From Parasynechococcus marenigrum WH 8102 (lineage in GTDB: Bacteria > Cyanobacteriota > Cyanobacteriia > PCC-6307 > Cyanobiaceae), in the NCBI RefSeq assembly GCF_000195975.1, contig NC_005070.1, forward strand, positions 1,410,001 to 1,442,000: a DNA stretch of 32,000 nt, given 5' to 3'. This document shows, piece after piece, positions 6,518 through 14,182 of this stretch. The notes beneath the pieces are model-generated. The model did no database searches. It was not told the origin of the DNA and was given only the letters and a program-made list of their open reading frames with translations. The position numbers and the translations under genes were made by a program. Numbering within the stretch: position 1 is the stretch's first letter; the number at the start of each line of letters is the position of its first letter.

Positions 6518-6787
6518 ATGCCGAAGAAGCGCCGGAAGCTCAACAAGGAGATGGAAGCCGACATGGCAGCCGCCAAGCGCAAGATCGAGCTGATCTCTGC
6601 GCTGATCAACGACATCCGCGACGAAGACATCCAAGGGGAGTACCTGGAAGCCTTCGGCCAGGTGCGTTCAGCGGTGGTGAATCTTGTGGCCAAATACACC
6701 ACCGATGGCTTCTGCGAGGAAACCGAAGGTCTGCTGGCTCTTTACAAAGGTCTCATCGATCAGTTCGAAGCGGACTACGAGCTCTGA
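6518..6787 (+). CDS. Hypothetical helical protein, 89 aa
   Basis: GAGGAG sits directly upstream of the ATG. Lys-rich N-terminus followed by acidic helices. Confidence 0.65.
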   Translation: MPKKRRKLNKEMEADMAAAKRKIELISALINDIRDEDIQGEYLEAFGQVRSAVVNLVAKYTTDGFCEETEGLLALYKGLIDQFEADYEL

Positions 6788-6991
6788 CATCGGGCGGCCG
6801 ACACCCGCACGAACAATCCGCTGATTTTTTTTGATTAGGGGATAATCACGATATTCGGATTGACCCATGCCCCTCCGGCACAACAAACCTCAGGTTTCGC
6901 CCCTTCGCCTGAAGATCACGGTGCTCATCGCTGGCCTTGGCCCTCTGATCGCCATTGGCTTGTGGCTGCAATCCAAAGGTTTCTTCAGTTG

Positions 6992-7894
6992 ATGCGTTTT
7001 GTTCGTTCTTTTCAAGCCACGCTGTTGCTGTCGCTGCTGACGGGTTCGGCTGTGCGTGCTGAAACGATTCAGCTCAAACTCAAAAACGGTGACACCATCA
7101 ATGGCGAACTGATACAAGAGGAGAGCACCGAGGCGCTGAAGGTGCTGATGCATCCCCAGCTCGGACGACTGGAGGTGAGCCAGGACGCCATACAACCTGC
7201 CAAGAAGACACCCAAATGGACATCAACCATCTCCGCTGGCGTGAACGCGGGAAATCAGGATGGCGATGGAACCTTCTCAGCCAATATCTACGGCACCAGC
7301 AACTACAAAAACAAATCAGATCAATTAAAAATTGAAGCTGGTTTGAATTACGGTAAAAACAAAGACAAGGGGAAATCACCTGAGGTCAAGACGGATCAAG
7401 GGATGGCCTCCATCCGCTACGACCGGTCACTGACCGAAAAGCTGACGATTTACGCAAAAAGTGGCTATCAATACAATGGTCTCAACGATTCTGGGATCAA
7501 TACTTTTGATGGATCGGTCGGGGTCGGTCTTCCACTGATCACCAACACCTCCACCCAAGCAACACTATCCCTTGGCCCCAAAGTTCACTGGAGCAACGGC
7601 GGGAAAGATTGTGATGGCAATGAATTCTGCGGCAACGCCTATGGAGGCGGAAACCTCATCGCAGACCTCAGCTGGTCTCCACATAAGTCGTTCCAGTTGA
7701 AATTAGAAAACAGCCTTTCAGCCATCGCCGCCTCCGAGGTGAAACCCACGAACACCTTCACAGCAACGCTCAAATATTTCCCCAGGTTCACGAGCGGACT
7801 GTTCACATCCTTACGCTACGCATCCATCTACAACAGCATGAGCACACCGGAAAGTGACAACCGAATCACTGGCCAAGTGGGCTACGAGTTTTAA
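6992..7894 (+). CDS. Outer-membrane beta-barrel protein, DUF481/YdiY-like
   Basis: Signal peptide MRFVRSFQATLLLSLLTGSAVRA/ET. LKLKNGDTINGELI N-terminal motif, alternating beta-strand pattern, terminal YEF. The ORF-track start at 6860 is TTG and precedes the signal peptide. Codons are AT-rich compared with neighbouring genes. Confidence 0.75.
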   Translation: MRFVRSFQATLLLSLLTGSAVRAETIQLKLKNGDTINGELIQEESTEALKVLMHPQLGRLEVSQDAIQPAKKTPKWTSTISAGVNAGNQDGDGTFSANIYGTSNYKNKSDQLKIEAGLNYGKNKDKGKSPEVKTDQGMASIRYDRSLTEKLTIYAKSGYQYNGLNDSGINTFDGSVGVGLPLITNTSTQATLSLGPKVHWSNGGKDCDGNEFCGNAYGGGNLIADLSWSPHKSFQLKLENSLSAIAASEVKPTNTFTATLKYFPRFTSGLFTSLRYASIYNSMSTPESDNRITGQVGYEF

Positions 7895-7897
7895 ACC

Positions 7898-8332
7898 ATG
7901 TTGATGCCACCCCTCGATTCTGAATCTCTACGCCAGCTGTTCACCAAGCCCTATGGCGAAGCTGGTCCAACAGCCGAGCAGTGGAGAGCGGTTTATTCCG
8001 AAGACGTGCACTTCATCGATCCAACCCAGGAACGGCAGGGCGTGGATGCCTACATCAAGGCGCAGGATGGTTTGATCCAGCGGTGCGATGATGTATTCCT
8101 TGAAACAAGCCATGTTGCTATGACAGGGAATCTGGCCTTTGTGGAATGGCGGATGGGCCTCAAAATCAAAGGTATGGAGTTCATCTACCCAGGCACAACC
8201 CGGCTTGTCTTCGGGGAAGACGGGCGCATTGTCAAGCACCGGGACTACTTTGACTTTGTCGGTCCAACCTTCGGACCCGTCCCGATTCTTGGACCTGTCG
8301 TTCGTTGGATCTACAAGCGCTTTGTGTCTTGA
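7898..8332 (+). CDS. NTF2/SnoaL-like fold protein
   Basis: 144 aa. Y-x-x-D-V-x-F-x-D-P ... G ... pattern, and length typical of SnoaL-like domains. Lies 3 nt after the OMP stop. Confidence 0.65.
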   Translation: MLMPPLDSESLRQLFTKPYGEAGPTAEQWRAVYSEDVHFIDPTQERQGVDAYIKAQDGLIQRCDDVFLETSHVAMTGNLAFVEWRMGLKIKGMEFIYPGTTRLVFGEDGRIVKHRDYFDFVGPTFGPVPILGPVVRWIYKRFVS

Positions 8333-8388
8333 CGTTGCCCCCAAAGCAGTAAAGATTGGGCGATGATGTTTGGATCTAACCCAACTCG

Positions 8389-8553
8389 ATGGATCACGAG
8401 CTCGACAAAGTCATTGCCTGGATTGATGACAGGGATGCAGATGCTGAGCAGTGGCTCAACGAGCAGGCTGCTGAGCGGTTCAACCTTCGAGCGGAATCCG
8501 AGATGAGCGATTACATCCAGACCATTCTTTCGTCAGACCTCCTGCCTGACTGA
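8389..8553 (+). CDS. Small acidic protein, 54 aa (MDHELDKVIAWIDDRDADAEQWLNEQAAERFNLRAESEMSDYIQTILSSDLLPD)
   Basis: Hand-translated, below the ORF-track cutoff. GC3 about 65% by hand count. Confidence 0.4.
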   Translation: MDHELDKVIAWIDDRDADAEQWLNEQAAERFNLRAESEMSDYIQTILSSDLLPD

Positions 8554-8601
8554 AGCAACAGCCCTGCAGCACGATCATCGACCCTGGTGTGTGGCACTGG
8601 T

Positions 8602-8676
8602 ATGAAGAAATTTGAGCAGGTCATGCAAGCGGCCAGCAACCCATCCAAGGTCTGTTTACGCGCAGCAGTGAAATGA
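8602..8676 (+). CDS. Possible 24-aa leader ORF (MKKFEQVMQAASNPSKVCLRAAVK)
   Basis: Its TGA overlaps the ATG of ORF 8673-8858 as ATGA. No Shine-Dalgarno sequence seen. Confidence 0.2.
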   Translation: MKKFEQVMQAASNPSKVCLRAAVK

Positions 8677-8858
8677 CCCTCGGTGAGCTCTTCCTCGAAG
8701 CGATGTCAAGCGGTGTGATCACCAACGGTGAGATGACCTGGATCACGGACCATCAACCTCAGTTCAGTCGAACAGAAGAAGCGGTCGCCCTGCGGCTGGG
8801 ACGAATGATCGATGAAGGAAGCATCCAATTGGGGTGCCGGATGCCGTTGAGCAACTAA
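8673..8858 (+). CDS. Small helical protein, 61 aa, paralogue of ORF 4141-4311
   Basis: MTLGELFLEAMSSGVITNGEMTWITDHQPQFSRTEEAVALRLGRMIDEGSIQLG... shares VIT..E, F.RTE, RL..I..GSI..G with the 4141-4311 product. Confidence 0.55.
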   Translation: MTLGELFLEAMSSGVITNGEMTWITDHQPQFSRTEEAVALRLGRMIDEGSIQLGCRMPLSN

Positions 8859-8886
8859 GTCCAACAACGTCGAACAGGGTGACGCG

Positions 8887-9420
8887 ATGCGTTTGAACTT
8901 CATTCCCATCCATGTGTTTCGCGAGACACCTGCTGTCACCTTTTTTGACGCCGGTGTCTCAGGAAGCAATGGAACCGATGTCGTTGCCCACCACAGTGCA
9001 GCAACGTCACCCCCTGACCTCGACGGCTCTGAGCAGTACTACGTCCACCAACATCAGATCGACCACAATCTTGTCCTGACTGGGCAAAGAGTGTTCACGC
9101 TGTTGAATCCAACCTGGGATCAACCCCACCATGTGATTCATCTCGTTCGCGCCATGGGGGCACTGCAGATCCCCATCGGTACGTTTCACCGCTCAGTATC
9201 CGGCGAGGACGGCAGCCTTGTGTTGAATCAATCCGTACGGGATCAGAACTTCAACTACGCCACTGAATTCATCCCGGTCAAACTCAGCGACCGTCAGGAT
9301 CTGATGACGGCAAAAAGCAGTCCACCTTGGGTGTGGACCTGGCGTGATGGCCACATCTGTCGCCATCACAGCATCAGCGAAGGAGACTGCGTTGCGGTCT
9401 TCGATTCCCAAGGCGCTTGA
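8887..9420 (+). CDS. Cupin-like (RmlC-like) hypothetical protein, 177 aa
   Basis: YYVHQHQIDHNLVLTGQRVF...LQIPIGTFHRSVS...SLVLNQSVRD..FNY..EF resembles RmlC-type cupin motifs. Assignment is by pattern only. Confidence 0.6.
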   Translation: MRLNFIPIHVFRETPAVTFFDAGVSGSNGTDVVAHHSAATSPPDLDGSEQYYVHQHQIDHNLVLTGQRVFTLLNPTWDQPHHVIHLVRAMGALQIPIGTFHRSVSGEDGSLVLNQSVRDQNFNYATEFIPVKLSDRQDLMTAKSSPPWVWTWRDGHICRHHSISEGDCVAVFDSQGA

Positions 9421-9529
9421 CCAATCGCTCCCGTGCACCGAGGTGACGCTGCTGCTCAACCGTGACCAGCCGCCAGCCAAGCCAGGAGATAACAGTCAGG
9501 ACGATCACAACAGTGACAAACGGGACCAT
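9374..9529 (-). CDS. Possible small TM protein, 51 aa (MVPFVTVVIVLTVISWLGWRLVTVEQQRHLGARERLVKRLGNRRPQRSLLR)
   Basis: Hand-translated. Starts 7 nt after the stop of the 6-Cys ORF. TM helix followed by a basic tail. GC3 about 65%. Overlaps the convergent cupin's 3' end by 47 nt. Confidence 0.3.
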   Translation of the reverse strand: MVPFVTVVIVLTVISWLGWRLVTVEQQRHLGARERLVKRLGNRRPQRSLLR

Positions 9530-9535
9530 CACGAA

Positions 9536-9646
9536 TCAAAGGCAAAGACTGCTGGCCCAGAGCTCCTCATCGTCTCCCAGGTGGTCACGCACGCAGGTCG
9601 TGACGCAAGACCCATCATCGATCGAGCAGTGCGTGATGCACTCCAT
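9536..9646 (-). CDS. Possible 36-aa peptide with six Cys (MECITHCSIDDGSCVTTCVRDHLGDDEELWASSLCL)
   Basis: GAGG lies 5 nt upstream of the ATG. GC3 is 27/36 in this frame against about 12/24 for the opposite-strand ORF 9344-9736. The frame is open upstream to a TTG at 9691, which would add a seventh and eighth Cys. Confidence 0.35.
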   Translation of the reverse strand: MECITHCSIDDGSCVTTCVRDHLGDDEELWASSLCL

Positions 9647-9771
9647 GCAGGCCTCAACGGCGTCCCATTGGCATTGAGCTTCAGAGTCCAAGGGCTTCTG
9701 AGATCACTCCCTGCGTTTTACGTCAGCAACCGCTGACTGTCTGCGATTTAGTGAAGAGGCGTGAAGCGTGC

Positions 9772-9969
9772 TTAGCGCTGACCATCTTCATGCAAAGTGC
9801 ATTCTAGCAAGGCGGCATAAAGCAACCGTTGCAGCGTCTGGAGATCCTGCTGCTCCCGTGGATCCGGCCCACCAGGCCATCGCTCGAGGTAGTAAGCCAC
9901 CGAGCGATGGAGCAGACGAATGGCATCAGCATCCAGGTCGAACTGAAGCCTTGGCGCTTGATCGGTCAT
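9772..9969 (-). CDS. Hypothetical protein, 65 aa (81 aa if it starts at the ATG at 10017)
   Basis: Protein-like helical sequence MTDQAPRLQFDLDADAIRLLHRSVAYYLERWPGG.... There are two candidate ATG starts. Confidence 0.5.
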   Translation of the reverse strand: MTDQAPRLQFDLDADAIRLLHRSVAYYLERWPGGPDPREQQDLQTLQRLLYAALLECTLHEDGQR

Positions 9970-10121
9970 ACATCGATTCTGACTGAACCAGGGCTTGACG
10001 AGACAGTCAAACCGCATTAGTACATCAGTACTGAAGCAGTGGAATCGAGCACATGGCGACGCCGAAGCAGCCGCACTGGACCACGATCACCACGGCGACG
10101 TTGCGCCCAAGTCGGTCATCC

Positions 10122-10298
10122 ATGGTTTGCATCACCTGCCAGCAATTCCGGCATGCCCTGACAGAGGACGGAACCACCATTCCAGCCTGCAGCCGCCACG
10201 AACGACTCCTGCCCCAGGGCGCACATCTGAACCATCGCTGCCATCAATGGATGCAACGCCTTGAACACGAGATTGGCTGGTGCCCAGAAGTTGCCTGA
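10122..10298 (+). CDS. Small Cys/His-rich protein, 58 aa (81 aa if it starts at 10053)
   Basis: MVCITCQQFRH...PACSRHERLL...HLNHRCHQW contains CxxC plus further Cys and His residues, suggesting a zinc-ribbon-like site. Confidence 0.5.
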   Translation: MVCITCQQFRHALTEDGTTIPACSRHERLLPQGAHLNHRCHQWMQRLEHEIGWCPEVA

Positions 10299-10360
10299 TG
10301 GGATATGTACAAGAGCATTGCGTTCATCTGACGTTCTTGCGTGTTCATGAACGAGCGACG

Positions 10361-10474
10361 TCATAACCGACCGACAAACGCCGGAATCAGCAACGCATTC
10401 ACCAGATCCAGGAAGAAGGCTGATACCAGCGGCACGATCAAAAAGACTCGCCTGGATGGTCCGTACTGCTGCAT
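10361..10474 (-). CDS. Possible 37-aa membrane peptide (MQQYGPSRRVFLIVPLVSAFFLDLVNALLIPAFVGRL)
   Basis: Internal ATG of ORF 10361-10627. Lies just beyond the psbA terminator. One TM helix. No match to photosystem small subunits that I know. Confidence 0.2.
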   Translation of the reverse strand: MQQYGPSRRVFLIVPLVSAFFLDLVNALLIPAFVGRL

Positions 10475-10495
10475 TGCGGCGGCGCTTGCACCAGC

Positions 10496-10522
10496 AAAAA
10501 GCCCCCACCTTGCGGTGGAGGC
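10496..10522 (-). terminator. Rho-independent terminator of psbA
   Basis: The minus strand reads GCCTCCACC-GCAA-GGTGGGGGC followed by TTTTT. It begins about 60 nt after the psbA stop. Confidence 0.7.
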
Positions 10523-10583
10523 ATTCCGATTCAGTTGATCTGAATCGTTTGGTCTATTCCCGAGGGAACAGGTTGATTCCAGA

Positions 10584-11660
10584 TCAACCGATGGCAGGAG
10601 CCTGCAGAGCCACAGGAGTGGACTCAACAGTTGCCAGGTCGAGGGGGAAGTTGTGAGCGTTGCGCTCGTGCATCACTTCCATGCCGAGGCCGGCACGGTT
10701 CACCATGTCGGCCCAGGTGTTCACAACACGGCCCTGTCCATCAAGGATGGACTGGTTGAAGTTGAAGCCGTTCAGGTTGAAGGCCATGGTTGACACGCCC
10801 ATGGACGTGAACCAGATGCCGACAACAGGCCAGGCGCCCAGGAAGAAGTGGAGGCTACGGCTGTTATTGAAGGAGGCGTATTGGAAGATCAGGCGACCGA
10901 AGTAACCGTGGGCAGCCACGATGTTGTAGGTCTCTTCCTCTTGGCCGAACTTGTAGCCGTAGTTCTGGGACTCGGTCTCGGTGGTTTCACGCACCAGAGA
11001 GGAGGTCACCAGGGAGCCGTGCATGGCGGAGAACAGGGAGCCACCGAACACACCTGCAACACCCAGCATGTGGAAGGGGTGCATCAGGATGTTGTGCTCA
11101 GCCTGGAACACCAGCATGAAGTTGAACGTGCCGGAGATGCCCAGGGGCATGCCATCGGAGAAGGAGCCCTGACCGAAGGGATACACCAGGAAAACGGCCA
11201 TCGCAGCAGACAGCGGAGCGCTGTAGGCGACGCAGATCCAGGGGCGCATGCCCAGGCGGTAAGAGAGTTCCCACTGACGACCCATGTAGGCGGAAATGCC
11301 GATCAGGAAGTGGAAGCAAACCAGCTGATAAGGGCCGCCGTTGTACAGCCACTCATCGAGAGAAGCGGCTTCCCAGATGGGATAGAAGTGCAGGCCGATG
11401 GCGTTGCTGGAAGGAACAACAGCACCGGAGATGATGTTGTTGCCGTAGATCAGGGAGCCAGCGACAGGCTCACGAATGCCATCGATATCGACGGGGGGCG
11501 CTGCGATGAACGCAATGGTGAAGCAGATGGTGGCCGCCAGCAGGCAGGGAATCATCAGCACGCCGAACCAACCCACATAGATGCGGTTGTTGGTGTCGGT
11601 CACCCACTGACAAAAAGCTTCCCAGTTGCTCTGGCGTCCGCTGCGAATGGCGGTGGACAT
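10584..11660 (-). CDS. psbA: Photosystem II D1 protein, D1:1-type isoform (Gln at standard position 130)
   Basis: Near-complete match to D1 ([30 protein letters not shown] and so on). The canonical start MSTAIRSGR is at 11660; the ORF-track start at 11714 is an upstream extension. YMGRQWELS gives Q130. Confidence 0.97.
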   Translation of the reverse strand: MSTAIRSGRQSNWEAFCQWVTDTNNRIYVGWFGVLMIPCLLAATICFTIAFIAAPPVDIDGIREPVAGSLIYGNNIISGAVVPSSNAIGLHFYPIWEAASLDEWLYNGGPYQLVCFHFLIGISAYMGRQWELSYRLGMRPWICVAYSAPLSAAMAVFLVYPFGQGSFSDGMPLGISGTFNFMLVFQAEHNILMHPFHMLGVAGVFGGSLFSAMHGSLVTSSLVRETTETESQNYGYKFGQEEETYNIVAAHGYFGRLIFQYASFNNSRSLHFFLGAWPVVGIWFTSMGVSTMAFNLNGFNFNQSILDGQGRVVNTWADMVNRAGLGMEVMHERNAHNFPLDLATVESTPVALQAPAIG

Positions 11661-11775
11661 AACAGAAAAGAAGACGGATAAACCGCTCTCCCAATCAGGA
11701 GATCGGTGGATCAAGACTATGGAGAGGATGCAGCAATACCCTGTTTTTCAACATTCCGAATCAACCCTCAACGCA

Positions 11776-11810
11776 ACTTCATGAAGCACTACATGAAGCA
11801 TTCATGAAGT
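11776..11810. repeat. Hairpin-forming repeat: ACTTCATGAA ... TTCATGAAGT (10-bp perfect arms, 15-nt loop), containing three CATGAAG copies
   Basis: Read directly. CATGAAG lies at 11780-11786, 11792-11798 and 11803-11809. The repeat overlaps the stop codon of the DUF697 gene and lies upstream of psbA. Confidence 0.6.
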
Positions 11811-13130
11811 TGCTTGAAGCAACCAGCGGCGTGAATCCTGCAGAAAGTCATTCCAATTCAGCCGTTCCTCCTCCGCCGCTTGAGCCACCAGCAAGGGAGC
11901 ACGCTGCCGAAGTTCAACAAGATCCGGCTCGGCGACGCCTGCACTGAGGGCCAACCAGTCGGCCATCGACCTCCCCACAACCCGCGTCAGGTAGGCAGCA
12001 CTCAAGGCCTGCATGGACCCTGCCACCAACCAGGTGCCTCCATCCAGCTTCGCCAGTCCCAGCAGAGTCTGACCGGTCCACTCGACCACCCCCTGAGCAA
12101 GGGCGACGCGGGCCAGCTGGGCGGCTGCCTCCTGAAGCAGCTCGATCTTCACCGTTGAGCCCCAGATCGTCGCCATCTCACGGATCATCAGACCGTTGGC
12201 GACGGCTACAGCCAAGAGATCGACGCTGGCCAAGGGCGAAGCGAACACAGACCCCGCCACAAGCCACTGGGTCCGTCCCTGCAGTTGCTGAAAACGGACC
12301 CAACGCAACTGTTCAAGCTCCGCCTGCCAGGTCTGATGGAGACCACGCAGGAGGCGTTGACGGGTTTCAGCCAGCAATCCAGCCTTCTGAAGCTCTCGAC
12401 GAATCGGGACGAGGGCACGCCGCAGATGGGCGTCCCCGTTCTGCATCACAGCCATGCGCTCAAACCAGCGATCATCGAGCTGCGGAGACAGCTCAGCCTG
12501 GGTCTCGCTGCTGGATTGCTCCTGCCCCGATCGCACCAGCAACCAGGCCCGTTGTTCGCGTGGCAGCTGCTGCAGCCAGAGAAGATCCGCCGCCATCAAT
12601 GGCGCCGACAAGCTGAACAGGATCAGGTCCTGATCCTCCAACCCTGAGGGCCAGATCCGTTCACCGCCCTGGGAGTCCAGGGGATGGGCTAACGACAGTT
12701 CCAGCGGCTTCGAACCGGTCAGGGCCTGCTGAAGAGGCTCCAGCGCGGGTCGACTGCTGGCGTCAACACACACCAACGCCACCTTCAGAGGCGCCTCTCG
12801 CTCGATGACTTGTTGCAATCTCAGCCGCCGCAACGCGCAGCCTGCGGCCGTCTCACCTTCAAAGGCCTCGAACTGGTCCAGAACGGAACCACAGCGTTCA
12901 ACCCATCCCTGAACCGTGGAGGGCTCCTGGAAGCTGGGTGACCCGGAGCGTCGACCGAACCAGATCACCCCGGCACCAGCGGCCAGCAGCCCCAGACCAC
13001 CGCCGGGAACATGCAGCAGGTCATTGACCAACCACTGACCCAGTAACAAGCCGCCACCCGCCAGAGCAATCGGTCCCACCAGGGCTTGGCGAGGCGGCCA
13101 GAGGGGAGCCAGCGACAGCGGAAGTTTCAA
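11802..13130 (-). CDS. DUF697 (YcjF-like) domain membrane protein. Start uncertain: TTG at 13130, or GTG at 13238 as in the ORF track.
   Basis: The C-terminal half ASPLASVDLLAVAVANGLMIREMATIWG resembles DUF697, and there is an N-terminal Gly-rich TM pair. A start at 13238 would leave only 5 nt to the divergent CDF gene, so a later start is favoured. Confidence 0.7.
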   Translation of the reverse strand: MKLPLSLAPLWPPRQALVGPIALAGGGLLLGQWLVNDLLHVPGGGLGLLAAGAGVIWFGRRSGSPSFQEPSTVQGWVERCGSVLDQFEAFEGETAAGCALRRLRLQQVIEREAPLKVALVCVDASSRPALEPLQQALTGSKPLELSLAHPLDSQGGERIWPSGLEDQDLILFSLSAPLMAADLLWLQQLPREQRAWLLVRSGQEQSSSETQAELSPQLDDRWFERMAVMQNGDAHLRRALVPIRRELQKAGLLAETRQRLLRGLHQTWQAELEQLRWVRFQQLQGRTQWLVAGSVFASPLASVDLLAVAVANGLMIREMATIWGSTVKIELLQEAAAQLARVALAQGVVEWTGQTLLGLAKLDGGTWLVAGSMQALSAAYLTRVVGRSMADWLALSAGVAEPDLVELRQRAPLLVAQAAEEERLNWNDFLQDSRRWLLQATS

Positions 13131-13243
13131 AGCAACGCCGGGACGACGAGTGGTTGTCTTAGCCCAGAGAGCGATCGGAAACCAGAAAGACCGGTCAGAG
13201 CGTTGACTTCTCCATACCGTGTGGTGGTTGCTGCACACGATGG

Positions 13244-14182
13244 ATGGCCATCGCCCTGGAGAGCCACGGAGGCGGCAGGTCCGGTGACCGGCGATCAGAC
13301 GTCCGCCGAGTGCTGATGGTGGCCCTTGGGCTGAACATCAGCATGTCGCTGTTGAAATTGCTGGTGGGTGTCACCAGCGGATCGCTGGCGGTGATCGCTG
13401 ATGCCATGCACAGCGCCACGGATGCACTCTCCAGCCTCACGGGGTTGATCACCAACAACCTCTCCGACCCTCAGCCGGATCGGGATCACCCCTATGGCCA
13501 TCACAAATACGAAGCCGTCGGGGCCCTCGGTATTGCTGGATTCATCCTGTTCACAGCGCTGGAGATCCTGCTGCGCTCCGGGGAACGGCTGCTGGAAGGG
13601 CTTCCGCCGATCCGCGTTGGGGGCCACGAACTCATGCTGTTGGTGCTGGTTCTTGGGTTCAACCTTCTGTTGGCGGGCTACGAACACCGGGAGGGTCGAC
13701 GCCTCAACAGCTCTCTGCTCAAGGCCGATGCGCAGCACGCCGCCAGCGATGTATGGACCACTGTGGTGGTGCTGCTTGGGATGGCAGGTGCCCTCTGGCT
13801 CGAGATCTCCTGGCTGGACATCGCTCTGGCGATTCCGATGGCACTGCTTTTGATCAGGGTGTGCTGGAAGGTGCTACGCCGCACCCTGCCCTGGCTGGTG
13901 GACCACATCGCGATCGCGCCGGAATCCATCCACAGGGAAGTCATGGCCGTGGCCGGCGTGATCAACTGTCACGACATCGCCAGTCGCGGCGTTCTGGGTC
14001 AGCAGGTGTTCATCGACATGCACATGGTGGTGGAGACCAACGATCTATCGACAGCCCACCGCATCACTGAACTGGTGGAGGAGAGACTCGATCGGGTCTT
14101 CGGCCCGGTGCGCTGCACGATTCATCTGGAGCCCAAGGATTATGTGGAGGACGGGATCACCTACACCGGCACCCATGGTTGA
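13244..14182 (+). CDS. Cation diffusion facilitator (CDF) family metal efflux transporter
   Basis: SLAVIADAMHSATDALSS (TM2 H-x-x-x-D), AQHAASDVWTT (TM5), six TM helices plus a C-terminal cytoplasmic domain. Confidence 0.9.
   Translation: MAIALESHGGGRSGDRRSDVRRVLMVALGLNISMSLLKLLVGVTSGSLAVIADAMHSATDALSSLTGLITNNLSDPQPDRDHPYGHHKYEAVGALGIAGFILFTALEILLRSGERLLEGLPPIRVGGHELMLLVLVLGFNLLLAGYEHREGRRLNSSLLKADAQHAASDVWTTVVVLLGMAGALWLEISWLDIALAIPMALLLIRVCWKVLRRTLPWLVDHIAIAPESIHREVMAVAGVINCHDIASRGVLGQQVFIDMHMVVETNDLSTAHRITELVEERLDRVFGPVRCTIHLEPKDYVEDGITYTGTHG

Noticed and set aside
6860-6991. N-terminal extension of the outer-membrane protein ORF
   Set aside because: It starts at TTG and would bury a clear signal peptide (MRFVRSFQATLLLSLLTGSAVRA) 44 residues inside the protein.
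9344-9736. 130-aa plus-strand ORF overlapping the end of the cupin gene
   Set aside because: Its GC3 is about 50% in the stretch I counted, against 75% for the opposite-strand 6-Cys frame. Its sequence is not protein-like.
10848-11681. 277-aa plus-strand ORF (plus several shorter ones) covering most of psbA
   Set aside because: It is antisense to an unambiguous D1 gene. The translation is Gly/His/Asp-rich with no protein-like pattern, a typical shadow ORF of a high-GC gene.
13909-13916. HIP1 palindrome GCGATCGC
   Set aside because: A single occurrence inside the CDF gene with no enrichment in the window, so it is not a repeat family here.
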